The notes under the pieces were generated by a model. That model saw only the letters and a list, made by a program, of their open reading frames with translations. It made no database searches and had not been told where the DNA came from. DNA of 64,000 nucleotides, taken from IMG/VR virus record IMGVR_UViG_3300009181_000044, positions 1 to 64,000 of that record; one strand, given 5' to 3'. The position numbers and the translations under genes were made by a program. Position 1 is the stretch's first letter. Each line of letters opens with the position of its first letter. The DNA is from a virus. Shown here in pieces: positions 48,001 through 57,938 of the stretch.

Positions 48001-48993
48001 ACAGGCTCTACTACTATTACAGTATTTTCAGGTCCATTATCAGAAGCAAATTCAATTAGTTTTAACTTTACTGGAGGAACTTATGGACTGTTGTTTTTAA
48101 GTATCGCTGGATATACTGCAAGAAGCGTTAACTTTACTGGTTATGCCGGAGGAGTGAGCGTAATAGCCTCAACTATTATATATGGAAGTTTAACTCTTTC
48201 TGCAAGCATGACGCTTACTTCCTTCACAGGCGGACTAACATTTGGCGCAACAAGCGGCACTCAGCAAATAACAACAAACACAAAAACAATACCTTTTCCA
48301 CTTAACTTTGATGGAGTTGGGGGCACATTCCAACTTCAAGATACGTTGACAATGGGTACTAGTAGATCCATTACATTAACTAACGGCACATTAAATTTAA
48401 ATGGTCAAACATTAACATTTACTGCTGGAAGCTTTATAACTGCAACAGGCACAAAAAATTTAACCTTTAATGGCGGCACATTAGTTGTCCCATCCTCTGC
48501 ATTTAACAACGCTGCACCCACAGGATTTACCACCACAGCAGGAACAGGAACAGGCACAATTTCCATGACTAGCGCAACCGCCAAGACGTTTGTTGGCGGT
48601 GATTCTACATTTAATTGCACAATTAACCAAGGTGGTGCTGGTGCATTGTTTATTACAGGTTCAAACACTTTCAGCAATATCACAAACACAGTACAACCAG
48701 CGTCTGTGCTATTTACCGCAGGAACCACCACCACATTCAGCAATTTCAGTTTGTCAGGCACGGCGGGAAATTTGATAACGATTGGTTCTGACACTGCCGC
48801 AAGCCACACACTGTCAAAGGCAAGCGGTACTGTAAGCAGAGACTATTTGTCAATTAGTCAGTCCATAGCTACTGGTGGGGCCAATTGGTATGCAGGGGCA
48901 AATTCCACAGACGGCGGCAATAACTCAGGGTGGGTGTTTACTGTACCCCCTACGCCTACTTCAAATGGCAACTTCTTTTTAATGTTTAATTAA
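45094..48993 (+). CDS. large beta-helix-like adhesin / fibre (1299 aa)
   Basis: RYWVGGTG.W...; Thr/Gly-rich with long internal duplication. Confidence 0.7.
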   Translation: MANRYWVGGTGAWSSTSTANWSAATGLSFTASRTGTTLTTVGSPALAVGMTVWGSTGTNLGTISSGSVNTWTMNTSGTVSSQSMSAATIGASVPTAADSVFFDANSNSSTTAFTVTMSVTPRVCNDFTASGLDGVMTLAGSAIGLTVSGSLTFHATNFSRTYTGTTTFNATTTGKTVTTNGVAFGSVVTFDGVGGAWTLGSAFNCGTSDLTVTNGTFDTSASNYSVTAGRLFSNNANVRTINLNGSTVAVSSSSPVTFTTTNLTFNVGTSTLNCSNVFPTFSGSGLTYYNVSFTSTTALPIITGANTFNNLTFAGRTTVGVGAVSIYANQTINGTFTVSAGTASAYRIQINSDTFGTIRTLTCAAVSLTDVDFRDITIAGAAAPATGTRIGDGKGNSGITFPAAKTVYYRALVSAGWGGTGGGLWSATSGGAVDGTMFPLAQDTAVFPADTYPASGSTTTINDNYYIGTIDMSLRTSNTMTLATGTTAPFIYGSWINGTGITISGTGILTFAGRTTQQITSAGITFTQPITINSSGGSVTLQDALNIGTNNLLIPRGTFDTSSSGNYAVTAASLQLNQTNPRGANLNASTITLSSQYPISIPSTLGGLTWNAGTSTINCTSPIVGWFPGSTQTYYNVAFTSTALTTPQLGVTASDASIFNNLTITGRATIGIGVLSVASNHTINGTFTVNAGAVASCRIAVFSSTFNTTRTLTCAAVSLADVDFRDITIAGAASPASGTRLGDCKGNSGITFPAAKTVFYGETGSSSWGTGGIGSWSATSGGGRDSTQFPLAQDTAVFPAATYPASGSTTTINAEYNIGTIDMSLRTSDTMTLATGGNSLSVYGNWINGTGITLTGTGRITYSGRTTQTITSSAKTFTQPFSVTSPSGSVVLQDAFTTSSTLATNLNYGTLDLQSYTLTTSLFSSANSNTRTIAFGTGQISCTATGTPWDTQTVTGLTTTGTQVVNITYTGSTTITVFSGPLSEANSISFNFTGGTYGLLFLSIAGYTARSVNFTGYAGGVSVIASTIIYGSLTLSASMTLTSFTGGLTFGATSGTQQITTNTKTIPFPLNFDGVGGTFQLQDTLTMGTSRSITLTNGTLNLNGQTLTFTAGSFITATGTKNLTFNGGTLVVPSSAFNNAAPTGFTTTAGTGTGTISMTSATAKTFVGGDSTFNCTINQGGAGALFITGSNTFSNITNTVQPASVLFTAGTTTTFSNFSLSGTAGNLITIGSDTAASHTLSKASGTVSRDYLSISQSIATGGANWYAGANSTDGGNNSGWVFTVPPTPTSNGNFFLMFN

Positions 48994-49031
48994 AAATACT
49001 TTGCAAATAAAAATAAATACGGAGGTAACAC

Positions 49032-49718
49032 ATGAGTTACATAGGAAATAGTCCAGGAGTAGCGTCACAAAGGGTGACTACTAACATAACAGCCACGGCC
49101 GGGCAAACTCAGTTTACCACCTTGTCCGGGTACATTTTAGGATACGTGGACGTATACCTAAACGGTTCTAAGCTAATAAATGGCGTAGACTTTGAAGCTA
49201 TTACAGGCACCTACATTACACTATTCACAGCTGCTGAGCTTAGTGATGTGGTAGAACTGGTCAGTTATATACCGCGTGGTTTAACTGACGGATACACCAA
49301 AGCCGAAGCAGATGCTAAATTTTTAGACGTCGCTGGTGATACTGCCACAGGTACAGTTACCCTACCCACCCTAAACTTGACCAATGCGCTGGGTACGCAA
49401 TATGGTGGTACTGGGGTTATTAATAATGTGGCAGCAACTGTTACCAGTTCTGGTAACTTTGCGTATACCAGAACTCTTACTGCCACAACAAACGTAACAT
49501 TTCCAACAACTGGTACCCTAGCTACTATAGCAGGTACAGAAACCCTAACAAACAAAACTGTTAGTGCAGGTATTTTAACAGGTACTGTAACAGCGGGCGG
49601 CGGGGTGGGCACTAGTGGACAATTTTTACAGTCCACTAGTACAGGCGTACAGTGGGCTAGTGTTGTTTCGGCGCCTCCCATTACTAAACTACAAGCACAA
49701 TCATTTGGAGGCTTTTAA
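49032..49718 (+). CDS. fibre protein
   Basis: MSYIGN.P...TAGQT.F...DVYLNG.KL; ETLTNKT. Confidence 0.65.
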   Translation: MSYIGNSPGVASQRVTTNITATAGQTQFTTLSGYILGYVDVYLNGSKLINGVDFEAITGTYITLFTAAELSDVVELVSYIPRGLTDGYTKAEADAKFLDVAGDTATGTVTLPTLNLTNALGTQYGGTGVINNVAATVTSSGNFAYTRTLTATTNVTFPTTGTLATIAGTETLTNKTVSAGILTGTVTAGGGVGTSGQFLQSTSTGVQWASVVSAPPITKLQAQSFGGF

Positions 49719-50141
49719 ATGGCACAAAATACAAACCCAATCTTTCCTTTAGTTCCAGTAGTAACATGGGTCAATGCGGCAGGTCTTGTTGCAAACACAA
49801 CCACCGATTTAACTGCTGGTACTAACTACAATTCTAACTTTACTGCCAATGCAATAAATGGTTCTAGAGTTGACTTTATCCGCGTAAGAACATTAGGTAC
49901 AAACGTAGCAACAGTTATTCGCGTTTGGATTAACAATGGTTCAACTACAGCAACAGCCGCTAATAATACGCTATTTTTTGAAAGAACACTGGCTGCAACA
50001 ACTGTTTCACAAACCGCAGAACAAATTGATACAGTTCTTCCAGTAAATATATCTTTACCAGCAAGTTATAAAATTTACTACACATTTGGAACTGCTGTAG
50101 CAGCTGGCTATAGCATACAAGTAGTTGGCGGAGATTACTAA
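49719..50141 (+). CDS. virion protein
   Basis: NTNPIF...GGDY, coupled ORF. Confidence 0.6.
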   Translation: MAQNTNPIFPLVPVVTWVNAAGLVANTTTDLTAGTNYNSNFTANAINGSRVDFIRVRTLGTNVATVIRVWINNGSTTATAANNTLFFERTLAATTVSQTAEQIDTVLPVNISLPASYKIYYTFGTAVAAGYSIQVVGGDY

Positions 50142-51268
50142 TGTTTAACGGCTTTCCTACAACTGTTAGCCCATTAGTCCAGCAATGGGATTTTTCAAAC
50201 GCAAATTCAGCGCAACTAAGTAACCCTAGTAATCAAGTTGCATTAGCAGACGACTGTGCACCTACGCAACTTTTTTATGTTGGCGGTAGTTATTACCCAG
50301 TAAGGGTAATACTCCCTGCTGCGTCTGCTCTTGGAAAAATCATAAACATAAGAGTTGAACAAGTTGGAAGTGTTGTTAATTCAGGTAGTAATGGAGTTTG
50401 GGTATATGATCTACTAGCCCATCCCAATTCAAATAATGAAGGTACTGTTGTAGCAAAAATTGGAACTCCTGGAGACTTGTCTTTTGTCTGTGTTGCATAT
50501 TCAGTAAAGGATGCATCTACTCGTAGCAACTACAAATGGGCGGTTCTTAGTGGAAGTACTTCATCTTCCAATGCATTAGGAACCTACTCAGGTACAGGTT
50601 CTGCTCAGTTTGGTTATAACACAGTTTCTAGCGTTGGCTCTTTTGCCGCAGGTTCGGGCAATACTGTTTCAGGTTGGAATAGTGTTGCTTTTGGGCAGGG
50701 CCACACTGTGTCCAGTTTATATACTGGCGCTTTTGGAGGAAACTCAAACGTAGTAGATGCGGTAAACGCAACTGCTATAGGTGGGTTTTACGGAACAACA
50801 AACGGCGTAGCTTTTAAAACCGTATTTCCCGGCGATAGTCTTGGAACTTTTGGCAATAGAGGTTTAAGTCAAGCAGGGCTTTTGTCTCTTGCAGTCCAAA
50901 CAACAGATGCCACAGCAACTGCATTAAGAAGTAATTCAAGCGCCGCTGGGACAACAAACCAACTTGTTCTTCAAAACAATTCTGCAATGTACGTATCAGG
51001 GAGCATTATTGCCAACGTAACGGCAGCGGGTAATACGGCTGCTTGGAGTTTTGAGGCGGTTATTAAGCGAGGGGCTAACGCAGCCTCTACGGTGCTTGTT
51101 GGTACACCAGTAGTAAACCTAGTTGCTCGAGACGCTGGTGCTTCTACATGGATTGTTGCACTTACCGCAGACACAACAAACGGAGCATTAATGTTTACGG
51201 TAACGGGACAAGCCGCAACGACAATTCGTTGGGTGGCTAATCTTCGCTCGAATGAAGTTGGATTTTAA
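50141..51268 (+). CDS. fibre protein with YadA-like beta-roll repeats
   Basis: Repeated G..NTVS...S.A.G motifs. Confidence 0.6.
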   Translation: MFNGFPTTVSPLVQQWDFSNANSAQLSNPSNQVALADDCAPTQLFYVGGSYYPVRVILPAASALGKIINIRVEQVGSVVNSGSNGVWVYDLLAHPNSNNEGTVVAKIGTPGDLSFVCVAYSVKDASTRSNYKWAVLSGSTSSSNALGTYSGTGSAQFGYNTVSSVGSFAAGSGNTVSGWNSVAFGQGHTVSSLYTGAFGGNSNVVDAVNATAIGGFYGTTNGVAFKTVFPGDSLGTFGNRGLSQAGLLSLAVQTTDATATALRSNSSAAGTTNQLVLQNNSAMYVSGSIIANVTAAGNTAAWSFEAVIKRGANAASTVLVGTPVVNLVARDAGASTWIVALTADTTNGALMFTVTGQAATTIRWVANLRSNEVGF

Positions 51269-51277
51269 GGAACAATC

Positions 51278-51547
51278 ATGGCAATAGAAACAAATATACA
51301 AGAAACAGGAATTGGTGTGTCTTTTCCAACCGCATACGCACGAATTGTTGAATTTCGTGGAGACAAAACCAGCGTTCAATATCATGTCGCTGTATATGCA
51401 ACAGCAGAAGCTAGAGAAAAGAGTTTTTCTCCTATAGAGACTCACATGTTTGCATGCCCATTGCCGCAAGGAGCAGTAGAATTATTGCCATATCTTTACA
51501 GTAATTTAAAGCAACAAGCTAGGTTTGAAAACGCGGAGGATTGCTAA
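51278..51547 (+). CDS. fibre chaperone-like protein
   Basis: AYARI...YLYSNLK...FENAEDC. Confidence 0.55.
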   Translation: MAIETNIQETGIGVSFPTAYARIVEFRGDKTSVQYHVAVYATAEAREKSFSPIETHMFACPLPQGAVELLPYLYSNLKQQARFENAEDC

Positions 51548-51865
51548 ATGCCTATTCCATTAAACCATGCAGGTGCAGGAACTGTAACTCTTGCAGCTCC
51601 TGCAAGCGGGTCATATACTTTAACATTTCCTACGGCAGTTGCTGCCGTAAATGGGTATATGTTATCATCAGATACTAGTGGTAATTTAAGTTGGGTAGTA
51701 GTCCCTGACCCTGTAGCCACCAACGGTATAGTAGTGAACAGTTTAACGGTATCTACCAACTATACAATCGCCGCAGGCTATTCAGGGTCATCGGCAGGCC
51801 CCGTAACACTGGCTTCAGGAGTTACAGTAACAGTCGCATCCGGTTCACGCTGGGTTGTTTTATAA
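51548..51865 (+). CDS. fibre adaptor protein
   Basis: SAGPVT..SGVTVTV..GSRW.V C-terminus. Confidence 0.6.
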   Translation: MPIPLNHAGAGTVTLAAPASGSYTLTFPTAVAAVNGYMLSSDTSGNLSWVVVPDPVATNGIVVNSLTVSTNYTIAAGYSGSSAGPVTLASGVTVTVASGSRWVVL

Positions 51866-51875
51866 AGGAAAGAAT

Positions 51876-53114
51876 ATGAGTATTGTTTTACTCGGAGCAA
51901 CAAGCGGAAGTGTTACCTTAGCCGAACCAGCCGTTGGTGGAAGTACCACTATTAATATTCCTGCTGTTTCAGGCACTATGGCTGTGTTGCCCACTGCTAC
52001 TGGGGTTCTTGCAGAAGCCAGTGGCGGCACTGGTACTGCGGTGGGTTATACAGGATTCAAGAATCGTATTATTAATGGTGCGATGGCGATTGACCAGCGT
52101 AATGCTGGGGCAATTATTAATAATGCTGGAAGCGGTGCTGGTGCATATACGCTGGATAGATTTGTTATATTTGAAAATGGGTCAATGGCATTCTCTGTTC
52201 AGCAAACTCCAAGCACAACTGAAACTGGCTATGCTGTGCGTGTTGCCGCCGGATTTCAAAATTATTTAGCAGTAACTACAACAACTGGAGCAAGCCCAGG
52301 TACAGATGTTAGATCACAACTCTATCAAAGTATTGAAGGTTATAACATTGCAGATTTTGCATGGGGAACTGCTTCTGCAAAAACTGTTACTTTATCATTT
52401 TGGGTACGAAGTTCATTAACAGGCCAATTTGGTGGTACTCTACAAGGTGGGGCTGGTCAGTCATATCCTTTTATTTACACAATCTCTGCTGCAAATACTT
52501 GGGAACAAAAATCTATTACTGTACCAGGTGCAACAGCAGGAACCTGGGTAGTTAACAACAACGCAGGTTTAACTTTAGTACTTGATCTTGGCGGCGGTTC
52601 AAATTTACTTTCGCCAACAAGCGGAGCATGGGTCACAGCAGATTATCGTGGTGTAACTGGTGATACAAAAATAAGTGAAACTACGGGAGCCACCTTCTAC
52701 ATCACAGGCGTTCAACTGGAAAAAGGCTCAACAGCAACTGCGTTTGACTTCCGCCCATATGGGACTGAGTTGGCTTTGTGTCAGCGGTATTATGAAAAAT
52801 CATATGATATTGGAACTGCAATAGGAACAAGTTCAGCTGGAATAGTTGCTCCTCAGATTACTACAACAAATTATTACAATAATGGTTTGCCTAGATGGAT
52901 GGTTGAAAAAAGAGCTACACCAACAGTTGTAATTTACAACTCTAATACTGGTACAGTAAACTCTTTGTATAATACAGATAGTGGAGCAAATGTTACTATT
53001 AGCAGTTTAACTGGTGTGAATACAAAAGGATATCAGTATATTTACAGTAGTGCTGCTGTAGCATCAGCTGGACAACGATTGGAATATCATTACACGGTAA
53101 GTGCGGAACTATAA
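51876..53114 (+). CDS. tail fibre with carbohydrate-binding-like domain (copy 1)
   Basis: [15 protein letters not shown]...[12 protein letters not shown]...EL.LCQRYY. Confidence 0.7.
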   Translation: MSIVLLGATSGSVTLAEPAVGGSTTINIPAVSGTMAVLPTATGVLAEASGGTGTAVGYTGFKNRIINGAMAIDQRNAGAIINNAGSGAGAYTLDRFVIFENGSMAFSVQQTPSTTETGYAVRVAAGFQNYLAVTTTTGASPGTDVRSQLYQSIEGYNIADFAWGTASAKTVTLSFWVRSSLTGQFGGTLQGGAGQSYPFIYTISAANTWEQKSITVPGATAGTWVVNNNAGLTLVLDLGGGSNLLSPTSGAWVTADYRGVTGDTKISETTGATFYITGVQLEKGSTATAFDFRPYGTELALCQRYYEKSYDIGTAIGTSSAGIVAPQITTTNYYNNGLPRWMVEKRATPTVVIYNSNTGTVNSLYNTDSGANVTISSLTGVNTKGYQYIYSSAAVASAGQRLEYHYTVSAEL

Positions 53115-53118
53115 TTAT

Positions 53119-53283
53119 ATGTACAAATTAACTAATATAAATCCAAGAACAAATATCGTTGAGTGTTTAATACGTTTATCTGACGGAGCATTCATCCCAT
53201 TTGCCCCCGACAACACAGACTACCAAGCCTTTCTTGCTTGGTGCGCAGAGGGCAACACGCCTGAACCAGCAGAAGGAGCATAA
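53119..53283 (+). CDS. fibre assembly chaperone (copy 1)
   Basis: IPF..DNTDYQ.FL.W.AEGNTP. Confidence 0.7.
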   Translation: MYKLTNINPRTNIVECLIRLSDGAFIPFAPDNTDYQAFLAWCAEGNTPEPAEGA

Positions 53284-53285
53284 CC

Positions 53286-54530
53286 ATGGCGATCACGCTA
53301 GACGGAACTTTGGGCATCACAACCCCAGGACTGACAAACACAGGCACAGAAATCCTTGTTAATTTAACTACAACAGGCAACACCATTTTAGGTGACGCAA
53401 GCACAGACACTGTGTTAATGACTGGAGCGCCTTCTATTGGCGGTGCTGGCTTGGGCATGGGCATGGGGTTTCGCAATCGTATTATTAACGGGGATATGCG
53501 GATTGACCAGCGTAATGCTGGGGCGAGTTTGTCGCTTACTAGTGTTTCTGGATTTCCTGTTGACAGATGGAATCCTGTTATCAGACCAACGGGCGGCGGT
53601 ACTGCTACCGGACAACAAGTCTCAGATGCACCAACAGGATTTTCTAATAGTTTAAAACTAACAGTTGCAACAGCAGATACTAGTCTTGCATCACAAGATT
53701 ATTATTTTTTGTGGCAAAAAATTGAAGGATTTAATTCATACGATTTTCTGTTTGGTACCGCTAACGCATCTTCTGTAACCTTATCGTTTTGGGTTAAATC
53801 TAGCGTTACGGGACAGCTGAGTGCATTTTTACAAAACTCAGCAGAATCATATATATGCCCTATTTCATATACAATTAATGCCGCAAATACTTGGGAAAAG
53901 AAAACAATCACTTTTTCCGGTGCAACTGCTGGAACTTGGGTTGGTGCAACTAACGGTGATGGATTGCATGTTGGATTTTCATTAGCTAATGGCACCGGTC
54001 TACAAAGCACCTCTGGTGTTTGGACTGCATCTAATTTATATGGTTCCACTGGAGATATTAATTGGATGGCAACATCTGGTAATACATGGCAAATTACAGG
54101 CGTTCAGCTTGAAAAAGGCAGTACCGCAACATCGTTTGACTTTCGTGATTATGGGACTGAGTTGGGTTTGTGTCAGAGGTACTACTGGCAATTAAGCAGT
54201 TCCGACAAAGGCGGCTACACAAACGGGTTGATTTATCAAGGGTGGGCCGACACAGCCACGAGTTCAATTGGCATCGCTCAGTTTCCTGTGACCATGAGAA
54301 CTGCTCCAACGCTTTCTACAAGCGGCACAGTGGCTGACTATGTATTTAGAGCGCCACAGAGCCAAGGCATTTCCCCTGTTTGCAATGGCGTCCCAACAAT
54401 TTCAACTAGCGGAACAAATTACGTTCGCATGGGTGCAACAACAAGCAGTACGTTCACTATTGGCGCTGGTCACTATTTTAGTTTTTCTGGCAACACAACG
54501 GGCTTTGTTGGTTTTTCTGCGGAGTTATAA
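53286..54530 (+). CDS. tail fibre with carbohydrate-binding-like domain (copy 2)
   Basis: FRNRIINGDM.IDQRN...EL.LCQRYY; paralogue of 51876-53114. Confidence 0.7.
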   Translation: MAITLDGTLGITTPGLTNTGTEILVNLTTTGNTILGDASTDTVLMTGAPSIGGAGLGMGMGFRNRIINGDMRIDQRNAGASLSLTSVSGFPVDRWNPVIRPTGGGTATGQQVSDAPTGFSNSLKLTVATADTSLASQDYYFLWQKIEGFNSYDFLFGTANASSVTLSFWVKSSVTGQLSAFLQNSAESYICPISYTINAANTWEKKTITFSGATAGTWVGATNGDGLHVGFSLANGTGLQSTSGVWTASNLYGSTGDINWMATSGNTWQITGVQLEKGSTATSFDFRDYGTELGLCQRYYWQLSSSDKGGYTNGLIYQGWADTATSSIGIAQFPVTMRTAPTLSTSGTVADYVFRAPQSQGISPVCNGVPTISTSGTNYVRMGATTSSTFTIGAGHYFSFSGNTTGFVGFSAEL

Positions 54531-54698
54531 ATGACTACATACAAACTTTTAAAAGTAGATGGTGTTGAAATTGGCGTTTTTCGTAACGATAAAGACAGCA
54601 TCCCCTTTGTTGAAGACAACACTGACTACCAAGCATATTTGAAATGGCTTGCAGAGGGCAACACGCCCCTACCAGCAGACACACAAGGAGCTGTATAA
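54531..54698 (+). CDS. fibre assembly chaperone (copy 2; not in ORF track)
   Basis: MTTYKLL...IPFVEDNTDYQAYLKWLAEGNTP. Confidence 0.7.
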   Translation: MTTYKLLKVDGVEIGVFRNDKDSIPFVEDNTDYQAYLKWLAEGNTPLPADTQGAV

Positions 54699-56033
54699 AT
54701 GGCATCAATAATTAACGCAGCAACATCAGGTGGTTTAATTACCACCGCAGACACTTCAGGTATTTTAAACCTTCAAACTGCTGGAACCACAGCGATCACT
54801 GTAGATGGCTCACAAAATGTGGGTATTGGTACTACAAGTCCTTATCGTAAATTTCAAGTAGGAAACTACAGCGCAAACGCAGTAATGGCTCTTGGTTCAT
54901 CACCAACTGGTACAGGCACGCTTGTTTTTTCAACATCAGATAGTGCGCCAGGTAGATATGTGGGGACAATTGACTACAACCACACAAGCAATTATCTAGC
55001 ATTTACTACAAATGCTTCAGAGGGTATGCGTATCGACTCAAGTGGTAACTTGGGTATCAACCAATCAACACCCGCTGGAAAACTTCATGTTGTCGGTGCA
55101 ACAAATAACTGGACTCAAGTTGTTGCTGGTAGCACTACCTCTACACAATCTTATGGATTACGCATACAAGCGGGAACTACTTCCGCTGACTTTTCATTTT
55201 TAATCAGAGATGCAACTAATGCCACTGATTATTTGACGGTGACTGGAAATGGTAATGTAGGTGTTGGAACCAGCTCGCCAACTGTTAAGTTCCAAACGGT
55301 TCAAACTATTGCTGATTGGACGGGAGATTTTAAAAATTACACAGCAGGGGCTTATGGGTTAAGAGTAGATTTATCGGGTTCGTCTGGCAGCCAAGCCGCT
55401 TTACAAGTATACACTGCGACAGGTAGTGGAATAATAGTAAAAAACGATGGTCTTGTTGGTATTGGGACTTTTACGCCTTATCGTCAATTTCAAGTAGGAA
55501 ATTACAGCACAAACGCAATAATGGCCCTTGGTTCATCACCAACTGGTACAGGCACGCTTGTTTTTTCAACATCAGATAGTGCCCCTGGCAGATATGTAGG
55601 CTCGATTGACTACAATCACACAAGCAATTATCTAGCATTTACCGCAAATGCTTCAGAGCGTATGCGTATCGACTCCAGCGGTAACTTGCTTTTCAACTCA
55701 GGTTATGGGTCTGTTGCTACAGCCTACGGCTGTCGTGCTTGGGTAAACTTTAACGGCACAGGTACTGTGGCAATTCGTGGAAGCGCTAACGTATCAAGCC
55801 TCACAGATAACGGGGCGGGTAATTACTCAGTTAATTACACGACGGCAATGCCCGATGCAAACTATGCAGGTCTTGCAACTTGCAGAAGGTCCGCAGCCTA
55901 TACACTTTATGGGAATGCAACTTTTTTGCCAACATCTACATCTGCTGGACAAGTATGTACTGGCATTGAAGATTCTTACTCAGGTGAAATCCCGAATGAC
56001 TCTGAGTGGGTGCACGTTGCAATTTTTAGATAG
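54699..56033 (+). CDS. tail fibre protein
   Basis: NVGIGT / MRIDSSGN repeats; C-terminal CRAWVNFNG domain. Confidence 0.75.
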   Translation: MASIINAATSGGLITTADTSGILNLQTAGTTAITVDGSQNVGIGTTSPYRKFQVGNYSANAVMALGSSPTGTGTLVFSTSDSAPGRYVGTIDYNHTSNYLAFTTNASEGMRIDSSGNLGINQSTPAGKLHVVGATNNWTQVVAGSTTSTQSYGLRIQAGTTSADFSFLIRDATNATDYLTVTGNGNVGVGTSSPTVKFQTVQTIADWTGDFKNYTAGAYGLRVDLSGSSGSQAALQVYTATGSGIIVKNDGLVGIGTFTPYRQFQVGNYSTNAIMALGSSPTGTGTLVFSTSDSAPGRYVGSIDYNHTSNYLAFTANASERMRIDSSGNLLFNSGYGSVATAYGCRAWVNFNGTGTVAIRGSANVSSLTDNGAGNYSVNYTTAMPDANYAGLATCRRSAAYTLYGNATFLPTSTSAGQVCTGIEDSYSGEIPNDSEWVHVAIFR

Positions 56034-56041
56034 GAGAAAAC

Positions 56042-56233
56042 ATGAACTCAAGAATTATTTATCCAACTGACGATGGTGGGGTTGCCGTCGTCATTCCAGC
56101 ACCAGAGTGCGGTTTAACCATTGAAGAAATTGCCGCCAAGGATGTTCCTGCTGGCAAAGCGTACAAAATTGTGGATGTTACTGACATTCCCTCAGACCGA
56201 ACATTTAGAGCTGCATGGGAGTACACAGCATGA
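56042..56233 (+). CDS. fibre chaperone
   Basis: IAAKDVP.G..YKIV....IPSDRTFR.AW. Confidence 0.65.
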   Translation: MNSRIIYPTDDGGVAVVIPAPECGLTIEEIAAKDVPAGKAYKIVDVTDIPSDRTFRAAWEYTA

Positions 56234-56466
56234 TTATCATCAACATTAACAAAGCAAAAACAATTGCTCACGAAAAGCGTAGGCAAGCAAGGTCTGCTGA
56301 GTTTGCTCCGCTAGACATTAAAGCAACTATTCCAAGTGAAGCAACAGCCGCAGAAGCAGCTAGACAAGTTATCAGGGATAAGTATGCTACCATGCAAGTT
56401 GCAATTGACACAGCTGCCAATTTAGACGCAATTAAAATTGAACTAAATAGCCTATCACCCACATAA
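56230..56466 (+). CDS. fibre chaperone (second part)
   Basis: KAK.IAH..RR.AR..EF.PLD. Confidence 0.6.
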   Translation: MIIININKAKTIAHEKRRQARSAEFAPLDIKATIPSEATAAEAARQVIRDKYATMQVAIDTAANLDAIKIELNSLSPT

Positions 56467-56493
56467 CCGCTTTGGAAAGTGCATAAATAAACT

Positions 56494-56910
56494 ATGTGGT
56501 TCTTTAACTTTATACCTGAAATCTTGTTTTATGTGTTATTTATTGCAGCAGCAATAGGCTATTTAGTTAGCTTATTGCTGCCCAATAGCATACTTAAAAA
56601 ACAAGTAAAAATTACTAGTATAGTTGTGCTAGTAATATCAATATACTTACTTGGTATGTTGAAAGTAAACAACTGGTGGAAAGACAAAGCGGCCGCTCTT
56701 GAACAACAAGTTGTTGAATTAGCGGCAAAAAGTGCCGAAACAAATGTGGTAATTGAAAAACAACTAGTAACTAAAACTCAAGTTGTTAAAGTGCGCGGCG
56801 AGGAAATTGTCAAGTACATTGACAGGGAGATCGTCAAGTACAACACACAATGCGAAATTCCCAAAGAATTTATTACTCAGCACAATCGTGCTGCGGAGCA
56901 GCCCAAATGA
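56494..56910 (+). CDS. Rz-like inner-membrane spanin
   Basis: N-terminal TM segments, coiled coil, late Cys; overlaps a lipoprotein gene. Confidence 0.65.
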   Translation: MWFFNFIPEILFYVLFIAAAIGYLVSLLLPNSILKKQVKITSIVVLVISIYLLGMLKVNNWWKDKAAALEQQVVELAAKSAETNVVIEKQLVTKTQVVKVRGEEIVKYIDREIVKYNTQCEIPKEFITQHNRAAEQPK

Positions 56911-57215
56911 AACACGAAGATCAAGGTGTTATTAGCTCTATGCTAACAGTTACCATTATACTTTTACTTGTTTTAGCACTTTCTGCTTGTTCAACTGTAG
57001 TACCGGTTACCGCAAAATTTCCAGAAGCGCCGGCTAAACAAGCCTTAGTAGCGTGTCCACAGCTAAACACACTACAAGAAACTGCACAGCTTTCTGATGT
57101 AGCAAAAACTGTGGTAATTAATTACACAGAGTACTATACTTGTGCAGTTAAAATGGATGCGTGGATTGAGTGGTATCAAAAACAAAAAATTATTTTTGAG
57201 GGATTAGGTAAATGA
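56907..57215 (+). CDS. Rz1-like outer-membrane spanin lipoprotein
   Basis: LALSAC lipobox, Pro-rich, CP.L. Confidence 0.65.
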   Translation: MKHEDQGVISSMLTVTIILLLVLALSACSTVVPVTAKFPEAPAKQALVACPQLNTLQETAQLSDVAKTVVINYTEYYTCAVKMDAWIEWYQKQKIIFEGLGK

Positions 57216-57832
57216 ATATAACTTTACAGCAATTACAGCAATTAATTCCTAAAAATCCTTATGTAAAGCAATGGCATAACGCCTTGTCACAGCTGCTTCC
57301 AGACTACGAGATCAACACTGCTGAGCGCATAGCTGCTTTCGTTGCACAGTGTTCACATGAGTCCGGAGGTTTTACTGCACTAAAAGAAAATTTAAATTAC
57401 AAAGCAGCTACCCTACGCAAGATATTTCCAAAATATTTTCCAGATGATGCTACTGCTGCACACTATGCCAGCTTGCCTAATAAGCAGGAAGCTATTGCTA
57501 ACAAAGTATACGCTAGTCGTATGGGCAATGGTCCAGAAGAATCAGGCGATGGATACCGTTTTTGTGGTCGTGGCTTAATTCAGCTTACAGGACGCGACAA
57601 CTATTCGTGGTTTGCAGCTAGCTTAAACATTTCAGTAGAAGAAGCATCACAATATCTTCAAACATTTGAGGGTGCTGCACAATCGGCTTGTTGGTTTTGG
57701 GAAACCAATAGTTTAAATCGTTGGGCAGATGCCGGCGACATACTAACATTAACCAAAAAGATTAATGGCGGTACAATCGGCCTAGAAGACCGTAAAAAAC
57801 ACTATGAGCATGCGTTGCATGTTTTAACCTAA
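57212..57832 (+). CDS. endolysin, glycoside hydrolase family 19
   Basis: AQCSHESGGF...GRGLIQLTGRDNY...INGG. Confidence 0.9.
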   Translation: MNITLQQLQQLIPKNPYVKQWHNALSQLLPDYEINTAERIAAFVAQCSHESGGFTALKENLNYKAATLRKIFPKYFPDDATAAHYASLPNKQEAIANKVYASRMGNGPEESGDGYRFCGRGLIQLTGRDNYSWFAASLNISVEEASQYLQTFEGAAQSACWFWETNSLNRWADAGDILTLTKKINGGTIGLEDRKKHYEHALHVLT

Positions 57833-57938
57833 TTTCGATTTTATAGAGGTTGCTTTATCGAAACCACGTAACTATAGGAAACTAATATGTCTGACTCTAA
57901 ACCGCTGTATTACAGCAAACTACAAGTAGTTTTGTAAC

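Noticed and set aside
41848-56033. Diversity-generating retroelement or invertible fibre switch
   Set aside because: No reverse transcriptase or invertase; duplications are in-frame and differences are not adenine-specific
25169-56462. Numerous short minus-strand ORFs within late genes
   Set aside because: Shadow ORFs produced by codon bias of Ala/Thr/Gly-rich sense genes
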